Made by a program: the position numbers and the translations under genes. From Candidatus Methylomirabilis limnetica (GTDB lineage Bacteria > Methylomirabilota > Methylomirabilia > Methylomirabilales > Methylomirabilaceae), in contig NZ_NVQC01000008.1 of assembly GCF_003044035.1 (NCBI RefSeq), positions 75,890 through 107,889 of the forward strand: a DNA stretch of 32,000 nt. The letters run 5' to 3'. Below the pieces are notes generated by a model that was not told the DNA's origin, searched no databases, and saw only the letters and a list, made by a program, of their open reading frames with translations. Positions 23,554 through 31,751 of this stretch are shown here, piece after piece. Position 1 is the first letter of the stretch, and every line of letters starts with the position of its first letter.

Positions 23554-24276
23554 ATGCGCAGGAAGCGCGAACTGATCGCAGCGACCGTAGTGGCGGGATT
23601 TTTCCTTGCGACCGTCGCTCAGGCTTTGGCTTATGAGGGCGGCGAGGTGAAAGACGGCGGGACGATCACCGGTACGATTAAATTTGCCGGGACCCCACCA
23701 GTAAGGAAGGAGCTCCAAGTGACCAAAGACAAGGATGTCTGCGGCAAGGATAAGCACCTGAGCTGGGATCTCATTGTCGGTCCTCAAAAAGGCATTGAAA
23801 ATGCTGTGGTGAGATTGATTGATGTGAGTAAGGGGGAGAAGTGGGCGATCACGAAGGCAACAGTGGATCAGAATGGGTGTGTATATACGCCCCATGTCGT
23901 CGTGGTTCCCGCAGGTGGCACGCTGGATATCCTGAACAGTGATGGGATTCTCCACAACATTCATACTTATAGCAAGGCGAACGCCTCGATCAATAAGGCC
24001 CAGCCGAAATTCAAGAAGGTGCTGACCACGGAGTTTGCGAAGCCGGAGATTGTCAAGGTGACCTGTGATGCCCACAGTTGGATGCTTGGCTGGCTCGTTG
24101 TCTCCGACCATCCGTACGTGGCTGTTACCAACGATAAGGGTGAGTTCACCCTTAAAAATGTTCCACCAGGAAACTATAAGATCGAGGTCTGGCAGGAGAC
24201 GCTCGGTAAGAAGGTGCAGGACGTCGCCGTCAAGCCGAAGCAGGAGACCAAGCTCACTATCGAACTGGCAAAGTAG
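23554..24276 (+). CDS. Periplasmic cupredoxin-like (type-1 Cu site) protein with C-terminal carboxypeptidase-regulatory/Ig-like domain
   Basis: Start at ATG 23554 after AAAGGAGG; the track ORF starts at 23467. Signal peptide ...VAQALA/YEGG. Candidate T1 Cu ligands are ILHNIH and CDAHSWM (C-x2-H-x2-M). The C-terminus has DKGEFTLKNVPPGNYKIEVWQ. Confidence 0.75.
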   Translation: MRRKRELIAATVVAGFFLATVAQALAYEGGEVKDGGTITGTIKFAGTPPVRKELQVTKDKDVCGKDKHLSWDLIVGPQKGIENAVVRLIDVSKGEKWAITKATVDQNGCVYTPHVVVVPAGGTLDILNSDGILHNIHTYSKANASINKAQPKFKKVLTTEFAKPEIVKVTCDAHSWMLGWLVVSDHPYVAVTNDKGEFTLKNVPPGNYKIEVWQETLGKKVQDVAVKPKQETKLTIELAK

Positions 24277-24343
24277 CGTGCGGCGTACAGCGTGCCGCTC
24301 CACGCACGACGCTGAACGCAATAACGTGGGGGAAAAAATACAA

Positions 24344-27007
24344 ATGGCGACTGCAAAGAAATATGTGTACTTCTTCGGAAAGGGTCGGGCGGAAGGAAGG
24401 GCTGAGCAGAAGAATCTTCTCGGGGGAAAGGGGGCGAACCTCCATGAGATGACCACCCTCAAGATCCCCGTGCCGCCTGGCTTTACCATCTCGACGGAAG
24501 CCTGCATTGAGTACGTGAAGCGAGGCAGGCGTTTCCCTCCCCAGCTATGGGCGGAGATCGAAGCGGATATTACCAAGCTGGAGCGGGCTATGGGAAAGCG
24601 GTTCGGCGATCCGAAGGATCCGCTCCTGGTCTCCGTCCGCTCTGGGGCGCGGATCTCCATGCCGGGGATGATGGATACCGTGTTGAACCTGGGGTTAAAC
24701 GACAAAACGATCCAAGGCCTCGTCCAGCGTTCTCAAAACCCCCGCTTCGCTTACGATAGTTACCGGCGACTCCTCCAGATGTTCGGGGATGTGGTGCTGG
24801 GCATCAAAAAGATTGCTTTTGAGGGGCTCCTCAGCGAAAAGAAGCGGCAGAAGGGGGTTACGGCCGACACGGCACTCAGCGCCGAAGATCTTATGGACCT
24901 GGTCGAACAGTTTAAAGGGGTCATTCGGCGCGAGGCTGGGAGGGAGTTTCCCCAGGATCCGAAGGAGCAGCTTCGAATGGCGATTGCGGCCGTATTCGAG
25001 TCCTGGAACAACAAACGGGCCATCGAGTACCGACGGATCTATAAGGTTCCGGATAACTGGGGTACCGCCGTGAATATCCAGTCCATGGTCTTCGGCAACC
25101 TGGGGGATAATTCCGGGACCGGGGTGGCCTTCACCCGCGATCCGTCTACAGGGGAGAAACGCCTCTATGGTGAATTTCTCCTCAATGCCCAGGGGGAGGA
25201 CGTAGTAGCGGGGATCAGGACCCCGCGTCCCATCGTTGCCATGAAGAAGGCTTGGCCGCAGGTGTATCGGGAGTTTGAGCAGATCTGTCGATCCCTCGAG
25301 CATCACTATCGGGACATGATGGACATTGAGTTTACCATTGAGGATGGAAAGCTCTATATGCTGCAGTGCCGCATCGGCAAAAGGACAGCCCACGCTGCCA
25401 TTAAGATCGCAGTTGATATGGCCAAGGAGCGATTGATAGACCAGAAGATTGCCGTTCTGCGGGTGGAGCCATGGCAACTTGAACAGCTTCTGCATCCTAC
25501 GATCGATCCGAAGGCCAAGGTTCAGAAGATCGCGAAGGGCCTATCGGCCTCGCCGGGAGCGGCAGTTGGGAAGGCCGTCTTCACGGCGGAGGAGGCGGTG
25601 GAAGCAGCGGAGCGGCACGAGAAGGTGATCCTGGTCAGGCCCGAGACCTCCCCGGAGGACATTGCGGGTATGGTTGCCGCCCAAGGGATCCTCACCGCCA
25701 GGGGTGGTCTCACCAGTCACGCCGCTGTGGTTGCGCGAGGTATGGGGAAAGCCTGCGTCGTCGGCTGCTCCGATATCCTCGTCAACGAGGAGGAGGGGTA
25801 CTTCGAGGTCGCGAATCTGACCGTTCGGCGAGGAGACCTGATTACCATCGATGGCAGTACAGGCAATGTCATCCTCGGGGAGGTGGCGTTGAGGCAGCCT
25901 GAAAAACTGACGGGTGAGTTCGGTACCCTGATCTCGTGGGCGGACCGCTTCCGGAAGATCGGTGTGAGGACCAACGCGGACACTCCAAGGGACGCACAGG
26001 TCACGCGACAATTTGGGGGCGAGGGGATCGGCCTCTGTCGGACCGAACACATGTTCTTCGAGGGGGATCGAGTCGTCGCCGTGCGAGAGATGATTCTGGC
26101 CAAGGATGCTGATGAGCGGCGCAACGCCCTGGCCAAGCTGCTGCCCATGCAGAAGCAGGACTTCAAGGCGATCTTCGAACTCATGGATGGTTTGCCTGTC
26201 ATCATCAGGACGCTCGATCCTCCCTTGCATGAGTTCCTGCCGAGGAAGGACGAGGAGATTCGAAAGGTGGCGGAAGGCATGGGGGTGTCGGAGAAGACCC
26301 TCAAAGACAAGGTCAACTCCCTGCAGGAATTCAACCCGATGCTCGGGCACCGTGGCTGTCGTCTGGGGATCAGCTACCCGGAGATCACAGAGATGCAGGC
26401 CCGGGCGATCTTCGAAGCGGCCTGTGAACTTAAAAAGAAAGGGAAACGCCCCTTCCCGGAGATCATGATCCCTCTCGTTGGCCATGTGAAGGAGTTCCAG
26501 ATCCAGCGGGATATCGTGAAGCGGGTAGCCACCGAGGTGATGAAAGCGTACGGCGTAAAGGTCCGCTACCTGATTGGAACGATGATCGAGCTACCCAGGG
26601 CCTGTATTGTGGCTGATCAGATCGGAGCGATAGCCGACTTCTTCTCCTTCGGGACAAACGACCTGACCCAGACCGCTTTCGGGTTTTCCCGTGATGACTC
26701 CGGCCGCTTCCTCCCTCAGTATTTGGATGAAGGGATCCTTCAGGCGGATCCCTTCGCCGTGCTCGACGAAGAAGGGGTTGGAGAGCTCATGCGAATAGCG
26801 ATCGAGAAGGGGCGAAAGGCCAAGCCAAAACTGGAGATCGGCCTCTGTGGCGAGCACGGAGGCGAGCCCATGTCCGTTGATCTCTGTCATCGACTGGGTC
26901 TGGATTACGTCAGTTGCTCCCCCTATCGGGTCCCCATCGCCAAGCTGGCGGCGGCCCATGCCGTCCTGAAGAAACAGGTCAAGATCAAAGAGATGGGGGA
27001 GAAGTAG
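24344..27007 (+). CDS. ppdK: Pyruvate, phosphate dikinase
   Basis: 887 aa from MATAKKYVYFFGKG...GGKGANLHEM. Catalytic His loop GGLTSHAAVVARGMG. PEP-utilising TIM-barrel blocks GLCRTEHMF and FFSFGTNDLTQ. The 24065 start in the track would overlap the cupredoxin gene. Confidence 0.95.
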   Translation: MATAKKYVYFFGKGRAEGRAEQKNLLGGKGANLHEMTTLKIPVPPGFTISTEACIEYVKRGRRFPPQLWAEIEADITKLERAMGKRFGDPKDPLLVSVRSGARISMPGMMDTVLNLGLNDKTIQGLVQRSQNPRFAYDSYRRLLQMFGDVVLGIKKIAFEGLLSEKKRQKGVTADTALSAEDLMDLVEQFKGVIRREAGREFPQDPKEQLRMAIAAVFESWNNKRAIEYRRIYKVPDNWGTAVNIQSMVFGNLGDNSGTGVAFTRDPSTGEKRLYGEFLLNAQGEDVVAGIRTPRPIVAMKKAWPQVYREFEQICRSLEHHYRDMMDIEFTIEDGKLYMLQCRIGKRTAHAAIKIAVDMAKERLIDQKIAVLRVEPWQLEQLLHPTIDPKAKVQKIAKGLSASPGAAVGKAVFTAEEAVEAAERHEKVILVRPETSPEDIAGMVAAQGILTARGGLTSHAAVVARGMGKACVVGCSDILVNEEEGYFEVANLTVRRGDLITIDGSTGNVILGEVALRQPEKLTGEFGTLISWADRFRKIGVRTNADTPRDAQVTRQFGGEGIGLCRTEHMFFEGDRVVAVREMILAKDADERRNALAKLLPMQKQDFKAIFELMDGLPVIIRTLDPPLHEFLPRKDEEIRKVAEGMGVSEKTLKDKVNSLQEFNPMLGHRGCRLGISYPEITEMQARAIFEAACELKKKGKRPFPEIMIPLVGHVKEFQIQRDIVKRVATEVMKAYGVKVRYLIGTMIELPRACIVADQIGAIADFFSFGTNDLTQTAFGFSRDDSGRFLPQYLDEGILQADPFAVLDEEGVGELMRIAIEKGRKAKPKLEIGLCGEHGGEPMSVDLCHRLGLDYVSCSPYRVPIAKLAAAHAVLKKQVKIKEMGEK

Positions 27008-27028
27008 ACCAGGGAGAAGCAGGTAGAT

Positions 27029-27091
27029 AGACTGAAGGCTGAAGGTATTAAGGGGTAAGGGATTCACCTAAAAGCCTTCAGCCTTCAGTCT
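27029..27091. terminator. Bidirectional hairpin between convergent ppdK and ccp genes
   Basis: AGACTGAAGGCTGAAGG (27029-27045) pairs perfectly (17 bp) with CCTTCAGCCTTCAGTCT (27075-27091). There is no clear U-tract. Confidence 0.55.
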
Positions 27092-27100
27092 AAACTGCTA

Positions 27101-28120
27101 TCACTTTGGCAATGCAGGGGTGGCTACTTGCAGATCAGGGCAGCTCAGCGACTTCAGGAATGCCACCAAATCGGTCTTTTCTTTGGCCGTAAGGTTTAGC
27201 GGTTTGATCTCTTTCGAGAGCTGGGGATTCTTGATTCCTCCCTTATTGTAGAACTCGATCACCTCTGCGAGGCTTTTAGAAGTCCCATCGTGCAAGTAGG
27301 GCCCACTGGCAGTAATGTTACGGAGGGTCGGTGTCTTAAAAGCCCCTTTGTCTGACTCTTTCTTGGTGACGCTAAACCGCCCAAGATCGGGTTTCGGCTT
27401 ATCCATGCCTACGCCGATATTATGGTATCCTTCATCGGTGAAATTGAAGCCGGTGTGACAGGTCTCACAGTGCGCCTTTTCTCGAAAAAGGACGAGACCA
27501 GCCTTAGCGCTCACAGTGATGGCCTTTTGGTCCCCGGCGGCGAACCTGTCAAAGGCGGAGTTGCCGCAGAGCAGGCTTCGCTCGAAGGAAGCGATGGCCT
27601 GGCCGACCCCCTCTTTCGTTACCTTGGTGCCGAAGACCTTCTGGAACTGCGCCCGGTATCCCTGCACCTTATCCACGGCCACGATCATCCCTTCCAGGGT
27701 ATGGCCCATTTCGATGGGGTTCTGGACCGGGCCCAGAGCCTGGTCCTCCAGCGAGGGGGAGCGACCGTCCCAGAACTGCTCCTGGCTGAAGAGGCGATTG
27801 ATCGTTACGGGGGCACTGCGCCCGCCGACTTGGCCTTTGATCCCTGTGGAGGTGGGGCGGTCGTCAGAGAACCCTTTCTCTGGCGCGTGACAGGTGACGC
27901 AGGCAACGGTGCCGTCCGCTGAGAGCCGCTTGTCAAAATAGAGCTGTTTGCCCAGGTCGATCTTCTCGGCAGTCAACGGATTGTCCGGGGGAATAAATCC
28001 GGCCTCCTCTTGCAGCCCGAGTGGCATCTTCAGTTTGTACGGCCCATCAGCCTCGCTCTGCCTGACGGGAAGGCTCAAAACCATGACCAATGCGCTGAGA
28101 ATCCATACCCCCTGTTTCAC
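27101..28120 (-). CDS. Di-heme cytochrome c peroxidase (CCP/MauG family), second paralogue
   Basis: 339 aa. Signal peptide ...VRQSEA/DGPY, CVTCH and CETCH, FWDGRSPSLEDQALGPVQNPIEMG, GAFKTPTLRNITASGPYLHDGT. Confidence 0.9.
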   Translation of the reverse strand: MKQGVWILSALVMVLSLPVRQSEADGPYKLKMPLGLQEEAGFIPPDNPLTAEKIDLGKQLYFDKRLSADGTVACVTCHAPEKGFSDDRPTSTGIKGQVGGRSAPVTINRLFSQEQFWDGRSPSLEDQALGPVQNPIEMGHTLEGMIVAVDKVQGYRAQFQKVFGTKVTKEGVGQAIASFERSLLCGNSAFDRFAAGDQKAITVSAKAGLVLFREKAHCETCHTGFNFTDEGYHNIGVGMDKPKPDLGRFSVTKKESDKGAFKTPTLRNITASGPYLHDGTSKSLAEVIEFYNKGGIKNPQLSKEIKPLNLTAKEKTDLVAFLKSLSCPDLQVATPALPK

Positions 28121-28224
28121 CGTGCTCCTCCCGGTCCTCTGCGGACCACCGTCTTACCGCGGTAATTGAGGTACCGCCACCTCTATCTCTTTAGCAGCAG
28201 GCCAGTTTAATCGTCACGGCGCTC

Positions 28225-28253
28225 TATATAGCACATCTGAAGACGCGAAACAA
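28225..28253 (-). promoter_or_regulatory. Putative sigma70 promoter of the second ccp gene
   Basis: The minus strand reads TTGTTT (28253-28248), a 17-nt spacer, TATATA (28230-28225). Confidence 0.3.
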
Positions 28254-28373
28254 TTACCGAGGCCGCAATTATTTTATGCACGATGGGTTGGGTGGGCTGC
28301 AGTCGTGAAAGGATCGAGAGAGACATTGTTTGTGGTTGACTTCGCTTCGTGGCTCAGCTAGAAGACATAGTCT

Positions 28374-29345
28374 ATGTCAGATCATAGCAAAAGATCAATA
28401 ACCCATACGCGCGCACGGGTCCACAGCCCGTGGCCTCATCGATTCGCATTAGTGACTGCGGCATCAACCTTGTTGTTGATCTTCGTCGGCGGCCTGGTCA
28501 CGAATACTGGGGCGGGGCTGGCGGTGCCGGATTGGCCGACCACGTTCGGGTACAACATGTTCCTCTACCCATGGTCGCAAATGGTGGGGGGCATCTTCTA
28601 CGAACACAGTCATCGGCTGATCGGTTCTATCGTGGGTCTGCTCACCATTGTATTGGCCACTCTGCTCTGGGTGAAGGAGTCATCGCGAACGGCTCGATGG
28701 TTGGGCGTTACTGCCGTAGGCGCGGTGATCATTCAGGGGGTGCTTGGCGGCCTTCGAGTGATCCTGATATCGGTCGGCAATGAACTCGCACTCACCCATG
28801 GCCTGTTTGCCCAAGCATTCTTCGCCCTTACGGCGAGCTTGGTGGTGTTGACCTCTGCCGAGTGGACACACAGGCCCCGGCAGGTCGTCGTTGCTGATAC
28901 CGGAGCGATCAAGCGTCTCTGCCTCCTGACAACCGGTTGTGTGTACATCCAGATATTCTTTGGAGGCATGCTGACACATATCGGTGACTGGATCCTAGCC
29001 CATCTGGTCTGTGCCGCGCTTGTGACTTTCCTTGTCTGGCGCCTGGCGATACGTATCTTTACACCTCATTCGGATCAGATGAAGCTCGCGCAACCCGTCA
29101 CTCTACTCATCGGCCTGTTGGTGCTGCAGCTTCTGTTGGGTCTTGGGTCGTATGTCAATCGCTTCACGTCCGTCGAAATTCCCTACGCGGCATTTGCTCA
29201 GTTGGCGCTTCCAACCACTCATAGAATTACAGGTGCGCTGATGCTGGCAGTCTGTATCGTGCTCACGCTGCGAGCCTATCGGTTGCCGGCGTTACGGCAG
29301 GCCGCCCCCAGCCAGGGATTGCTCGCCGAGCGGGTACGCGCATGA
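28374..29345 (+). CDS. ctaA: Heme A synthase (COX15/CtaA family)
   Basis: 323 aa with multiple TM helices. FVGGLVTNTGAGLAVPDWPTTFG and YEHSHRLIGS are typical of the family. Confidence 0.85.
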   Translation: MSDHSKRSITHTRARVHSPWPHRFALVTAASTLLLIFVGGLVTNTGAGLAVPDWPTTFGYNMFLYPWSQMVGGIFYEHSHRLIGSIVGLLTIVLATLLWVKESSRTARWLGVTAVGAVIIQGVLGGLRVILISVGNELALTHGLFAQAFFALTASLVVLTSAEWTHRPRQVVVADTGAIKRLCLLTTGCVYIQIFFGGMLTHIGDWILAHLVCAALVTFLVWRLAIRIFTPHSDQMKLAQPVTLLIGLLVLQLLLGLGSYVNRFTSVEIPYAAFAQLALPTTHRITGALMLAVCIVLTLRAYRLPALRQAAPSQGLLAERVRA

Positions 29346-30247
29346 TATCCACGTCTGAAACATTAGGCGCCGAGTTCACGCGTCCATGTAGGCGAGCGGC
29401 AGATTTCGTGCTACTGATGAAGCCGCGCATCGTGATGATGGTGCTGCTGACCACATTCGCAGGCTTTTATCTCGGCGTGAGCGGCACGCCGGACTACGCG
29501 GTACTGCTGCAGGTGCTCACCGGTACGGCGCTTGCGGCGGGTGGAACCCTTGCGCTGAATCAGTTCCTCGAGCGGGACATAGACGCACGGATGGTGCGTA
29601 CACGGCTCCGGCCATTACCGGCAGGACGACTACAGCCCACAGAGGCGCTCCTGTTCGGATTGTTGATCTTAGTTACGGGCCTGCTGTACCTGGCTGTCTC
29701 GGTCAACGCCCTGAGTGGTGTGGTGGCGGCGGTTATCGTGGGAAGTTATCTGTTTCTTTACACGCCGCTCAAGCGCAGGACCGCTTTCTGCACGGTTGTG
29801 GGAGCGGTGCCGGGGGCATTGCCGCCGGTTATCGGCTGGGCAGCAGCCACGGGAAGACTCGGAATCGAGGCGTGGGTATTGTTCGCCATCATGTTTCTCT
29901 GGCAGCTTCCCCATACGCTGGCAATCGCCATGCTGTACAAGGACGATTATAAGCGGGCAGGGATTCACCTCCTCCCAGTGATCGATCCGGACGATAAACT
30001 TACGGGATGTCAGATTGTCTGCGACTCCCTGGTCTTACTTGTCGTCAGCCTGCTGCCGACCCTCATCGGGTTTGCCGGCCCAGTCTATTTCGCGGGTGCG
30101 CTTACGCTGGGTATTGGCCTGCTTGGGTGCGGGTGTGCCTTTATCCTCTGGCGATCGACAACAGACGTGAGGCGTCTGGTGTTCGCGTCGCTTGTGTACC
30201 TACCGGCGCTGCTGTTACTGATGGTGCTAGACAGGGTGCCATTCTAA
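29342..30247 (+). CDS. ctaB: Protoheme IX farnesyltransferase (heme O synthase, UbiA family)
   Basis: 301 aa. ATGA overlap with ctaA. LLMKPRIVMMVLLTTFAGF, LNQFLERDIDARMVRTRLRPLP and YTPLKRRT motifs. Confidence 0.9.
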   Translation: MISTSETLGAEFTRPCRRAADFVLLMKPRIVMMVLLTTFAGFYLGVSGTPDYAVLLQVLTGTALAAGGTLALNQFLERDIDARMVRTRLRPLPAGRLQPTEALLFGLLILVTGLLYLAVSVNALSGVVAAVIVGSYLFLYTPLKRRTAFCTVVGAVPGALPPVIGWAAATGRLGIEAWVLFAIMFLWQLPHTLAIAMLYKDDYKRAGIHLLPVIDPDDKLTGCQIVCDSLVLLVVSLLPTLIGFAGPVYFAGALTLGIGLLGCGCAFILWRSTTDVRRLVFASLVYLPALLLLMVLDRVPF

Positions 30248-30278
30248 TGTCTCTCGGCAGTAAAGTGTAGGCAGATCC

Positions 30279-30320
30279 CTTCCCCCCCACGAGGGGGAAG
30301 GTGAGGATGGGGGGGGTGGG
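30279..30320 (+). repeat. G/C-tract hairpin repeat, left copy flanking the DUF559 relic
   Basis: CTTCCCCC-ccacga-GGGGGAAG followed by GTGAGGATGGGGGGGGTGG. It is a direct repeat of 30562-30600. Confidence 0.7.
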
Positions 30321-30327
30321 CAGGAAA

Positions 30328-30485
30328 GCCAGGACGCCGAGGAAGCGTCCAACGGATACCGAAAGCGCCCTGTGGCGGCAGTTGCGGTTGCGCCGGATCG
30401 AAGGACGCAAGTTCCACCGACAGCATCCTATCGGACCGCTTGGCTTGAGAGCGTCGGGTACCGAGTGGTTCAGTTCTGGGATCAC
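30328..30485 (+). pseudogene. DUF559 (Vsr-like endonuclease domain) gene relic with internal deletion and frameshift
   Basis: Frame 1 gives ARTPRKRPTDTESALWRQLRLRRIEGRKFHRQHPIGP, a DUF559 N-terminus. From about 30429 another frame gives YRTAWLESVGYRVVQFWDH, a DUF559 C-terminus. The roughly 45 central codons, including the catalytic core, are missing. Confidence 0.6.
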
Positions 30486-30561
30486 CCCCCCCACCTTAAT
30501 CCTCCCCCTCAAGGGGGGAGGAGATCCATAAGGGGAGGGGAGGAATCCACAAAAGGTGTCA

Positions 30562-30600
30562 CTTCCCCCCATGAGGGGGAAGGATAGGATGGGGGGTGGA
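30562..30600 (+). repeat. G/C-tract hairpin repeat, right copy flanking the DUF559 relic
   Basis: CTTCCCCC-catga-GGGGGAAG followed by GATAGGATGGGGGGTGGA. A third related hairpin, CCTCCCCC-tcaa-GGGGGGAGG, lies at 30501-30521. Confidence 0.7.
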
Positions 30601-30709
30601 GGATCGAAGCGTAGCCATGCTTTCGTGCCAGGAGCCATCCTAACGATGGCCTTGAATCTATCTAGAAAGGCATCCCTCAGGAGGTCTACTCATCCTTTCC
30701 GTTACCGCC

Positions 30710-31120
30710 TTGCCTACCATCAATGCCGCACTCAATGGGACCAGCGCGCTTTTGCTGAGCCTCGGCTACCTGTTGATCCGACAGCGAAAGATCACCGCGC
30801 ACAAGCTCTGTATGGGGGCGGCCCTTGGGACCTCGACCCTCTTTCTGATGTCCTATCTGACGTATCACTATCAGGTGGGATCGATTCCTTTTGCAGGGCA
30901 CGGAGGCATTCGAGCGCTGTATTTTACGATCCTGATCTCTCATACGGTTCTGGCCGCGGCGATTCCCCCATTAGCCCTCATCACGGTCTATCGCGCACTG
31001 AGAGGGCGCTTTGACCGACACGTGAGGATTGCCCGGTGGACCCTTCCGCTGTGGCTGTATGTCTCGGTCACCGGCGTTATTATCTACTGCATGCTATATC
31101 ACCTCTACCCGCCAGCCTAG
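30710..31120 (+). CDS. DUF420-family membrane protein (CtaM-like, cytochrome oxidase-associated)
   Basis: 136 aa from TTG 30710. PTINAALNGTSALLLSLGYLLIRQRKITAHKLCM...YLTYHY...HTVLAA...RGRFDRHVRIARWTLPLWLYVSVTGV matches the DUF420 pattern. The frame is open upstream to 30656, with no ATG or GTG and no clear SD. Confidence 0.75.
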   Translation: MPTINAALNGTSALLLSLGYLLIRQRKITAHKLCMGAALGTSTLFLMSYLTYHYQVGSIPFAGHGGIRALYFTILISHTVLAAAIPPLALITVYRALRGRFDRHVRIARWTLPLWLYVSVTGVIIYCMLYHLYPPA

Positions 31121-31559
31121 CGATTAGCATTCAGCGAGCAGCACTCAGCGAACAGGAAGACACGAATCAGCTTTTGGTCTTGAGTTGACAGCCGAGGGTT
31201 GGAGGCTTCAGAGGTGGCCATGGCGAGAGCCGCCCCACCGGTAGGTAGGTTGTGCTATCGGGATGTCAGGAGAGGGCAGCTTCTTGAGGAGAGGGCTAAG
31301 AAGTGCATATTACGGGGGTGTAATCTACACTTACAAGGTGAGGGGAGCCGGCTATTGCTTCGGCGTCTTTATGGTGATGATAAGGCATTGCTTTCGATGG
31401 CTGAAAGGATAGGAAGGCATTTTTGCTTGTCAATGGGTATTTGACATCGAAAAGCAGGGACTGGCGATGGTTGGGCAGGAAAGATGGATCGGCGGGCGCT
31501 GAGAGCATCCGAGCCTTGATCCTACGAATGACCCTGTCCCGATGAAGCTGAAGCTGAAG

Positions 31560-31751
31560 GACTACCTCCGCAACAGGCTCGCTGGCCTCAAGCACCTCCC
31601 AGATGAACCCGTCTCTTCCAGTAGCTGCTCTGTCATCGTGTGCCTTCGAATCGCTGTCGTTCCGAAAGATCGCCTGACGATCATTCCCTCGTTGCCTCAC
31701 AGGATACGGGTGGCTGGGTGCAACGATTAGGGTAATCCGTGGCAGGCACGA
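31560..31751 (-). pseudogene. Decayed REP-associated tyrosine transposase (RAYT / IS200-like, COG1943-type) gene fragment
   Basis: The minus frame reads LPRITLIVAPSHPYPVRQRGNDRQAIFRNDSD. The consensus I recall is ..PR...PG.PHHV.QRGN.RQ.IF..D.D. It has no start codon. Downstream similarity decays and shifts frame (RRHTMTEQLLEET in another frame), and no HUH (NHVHLL) block is recognisable. Confidence 0.5.

Noticed and set aside
24065-24343. N-terminal extension of ppdK suggested by the track (980 aa)
   Set aside because: The extension overlaps the cupredoxin gene in another frame and is Ser/Arg-rich. Canonical PPDK begins at MATAKKYVYFF (ATG 24344), giving the expected length of about 887 aa.
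23488-24705. 405-aa minus-strand ORF
   Set aside because: It spans the cupredoxin gene, an intergenic region and the ppdK 5' end on the opposite strand. It has no homology features.
30141-30638. 165-aa minus-strand ORF
   Set aside because: It is built from the G/C-tract repeats (poly-Pro/Gly translation) and lies antisense to the DUF559 relic.
31199-31444. 81-aa plus-strand ORF
   Set aside because: It has no SD or motifs. It lies in the degenerate tail of the transposase relic region and is probably non-coding.
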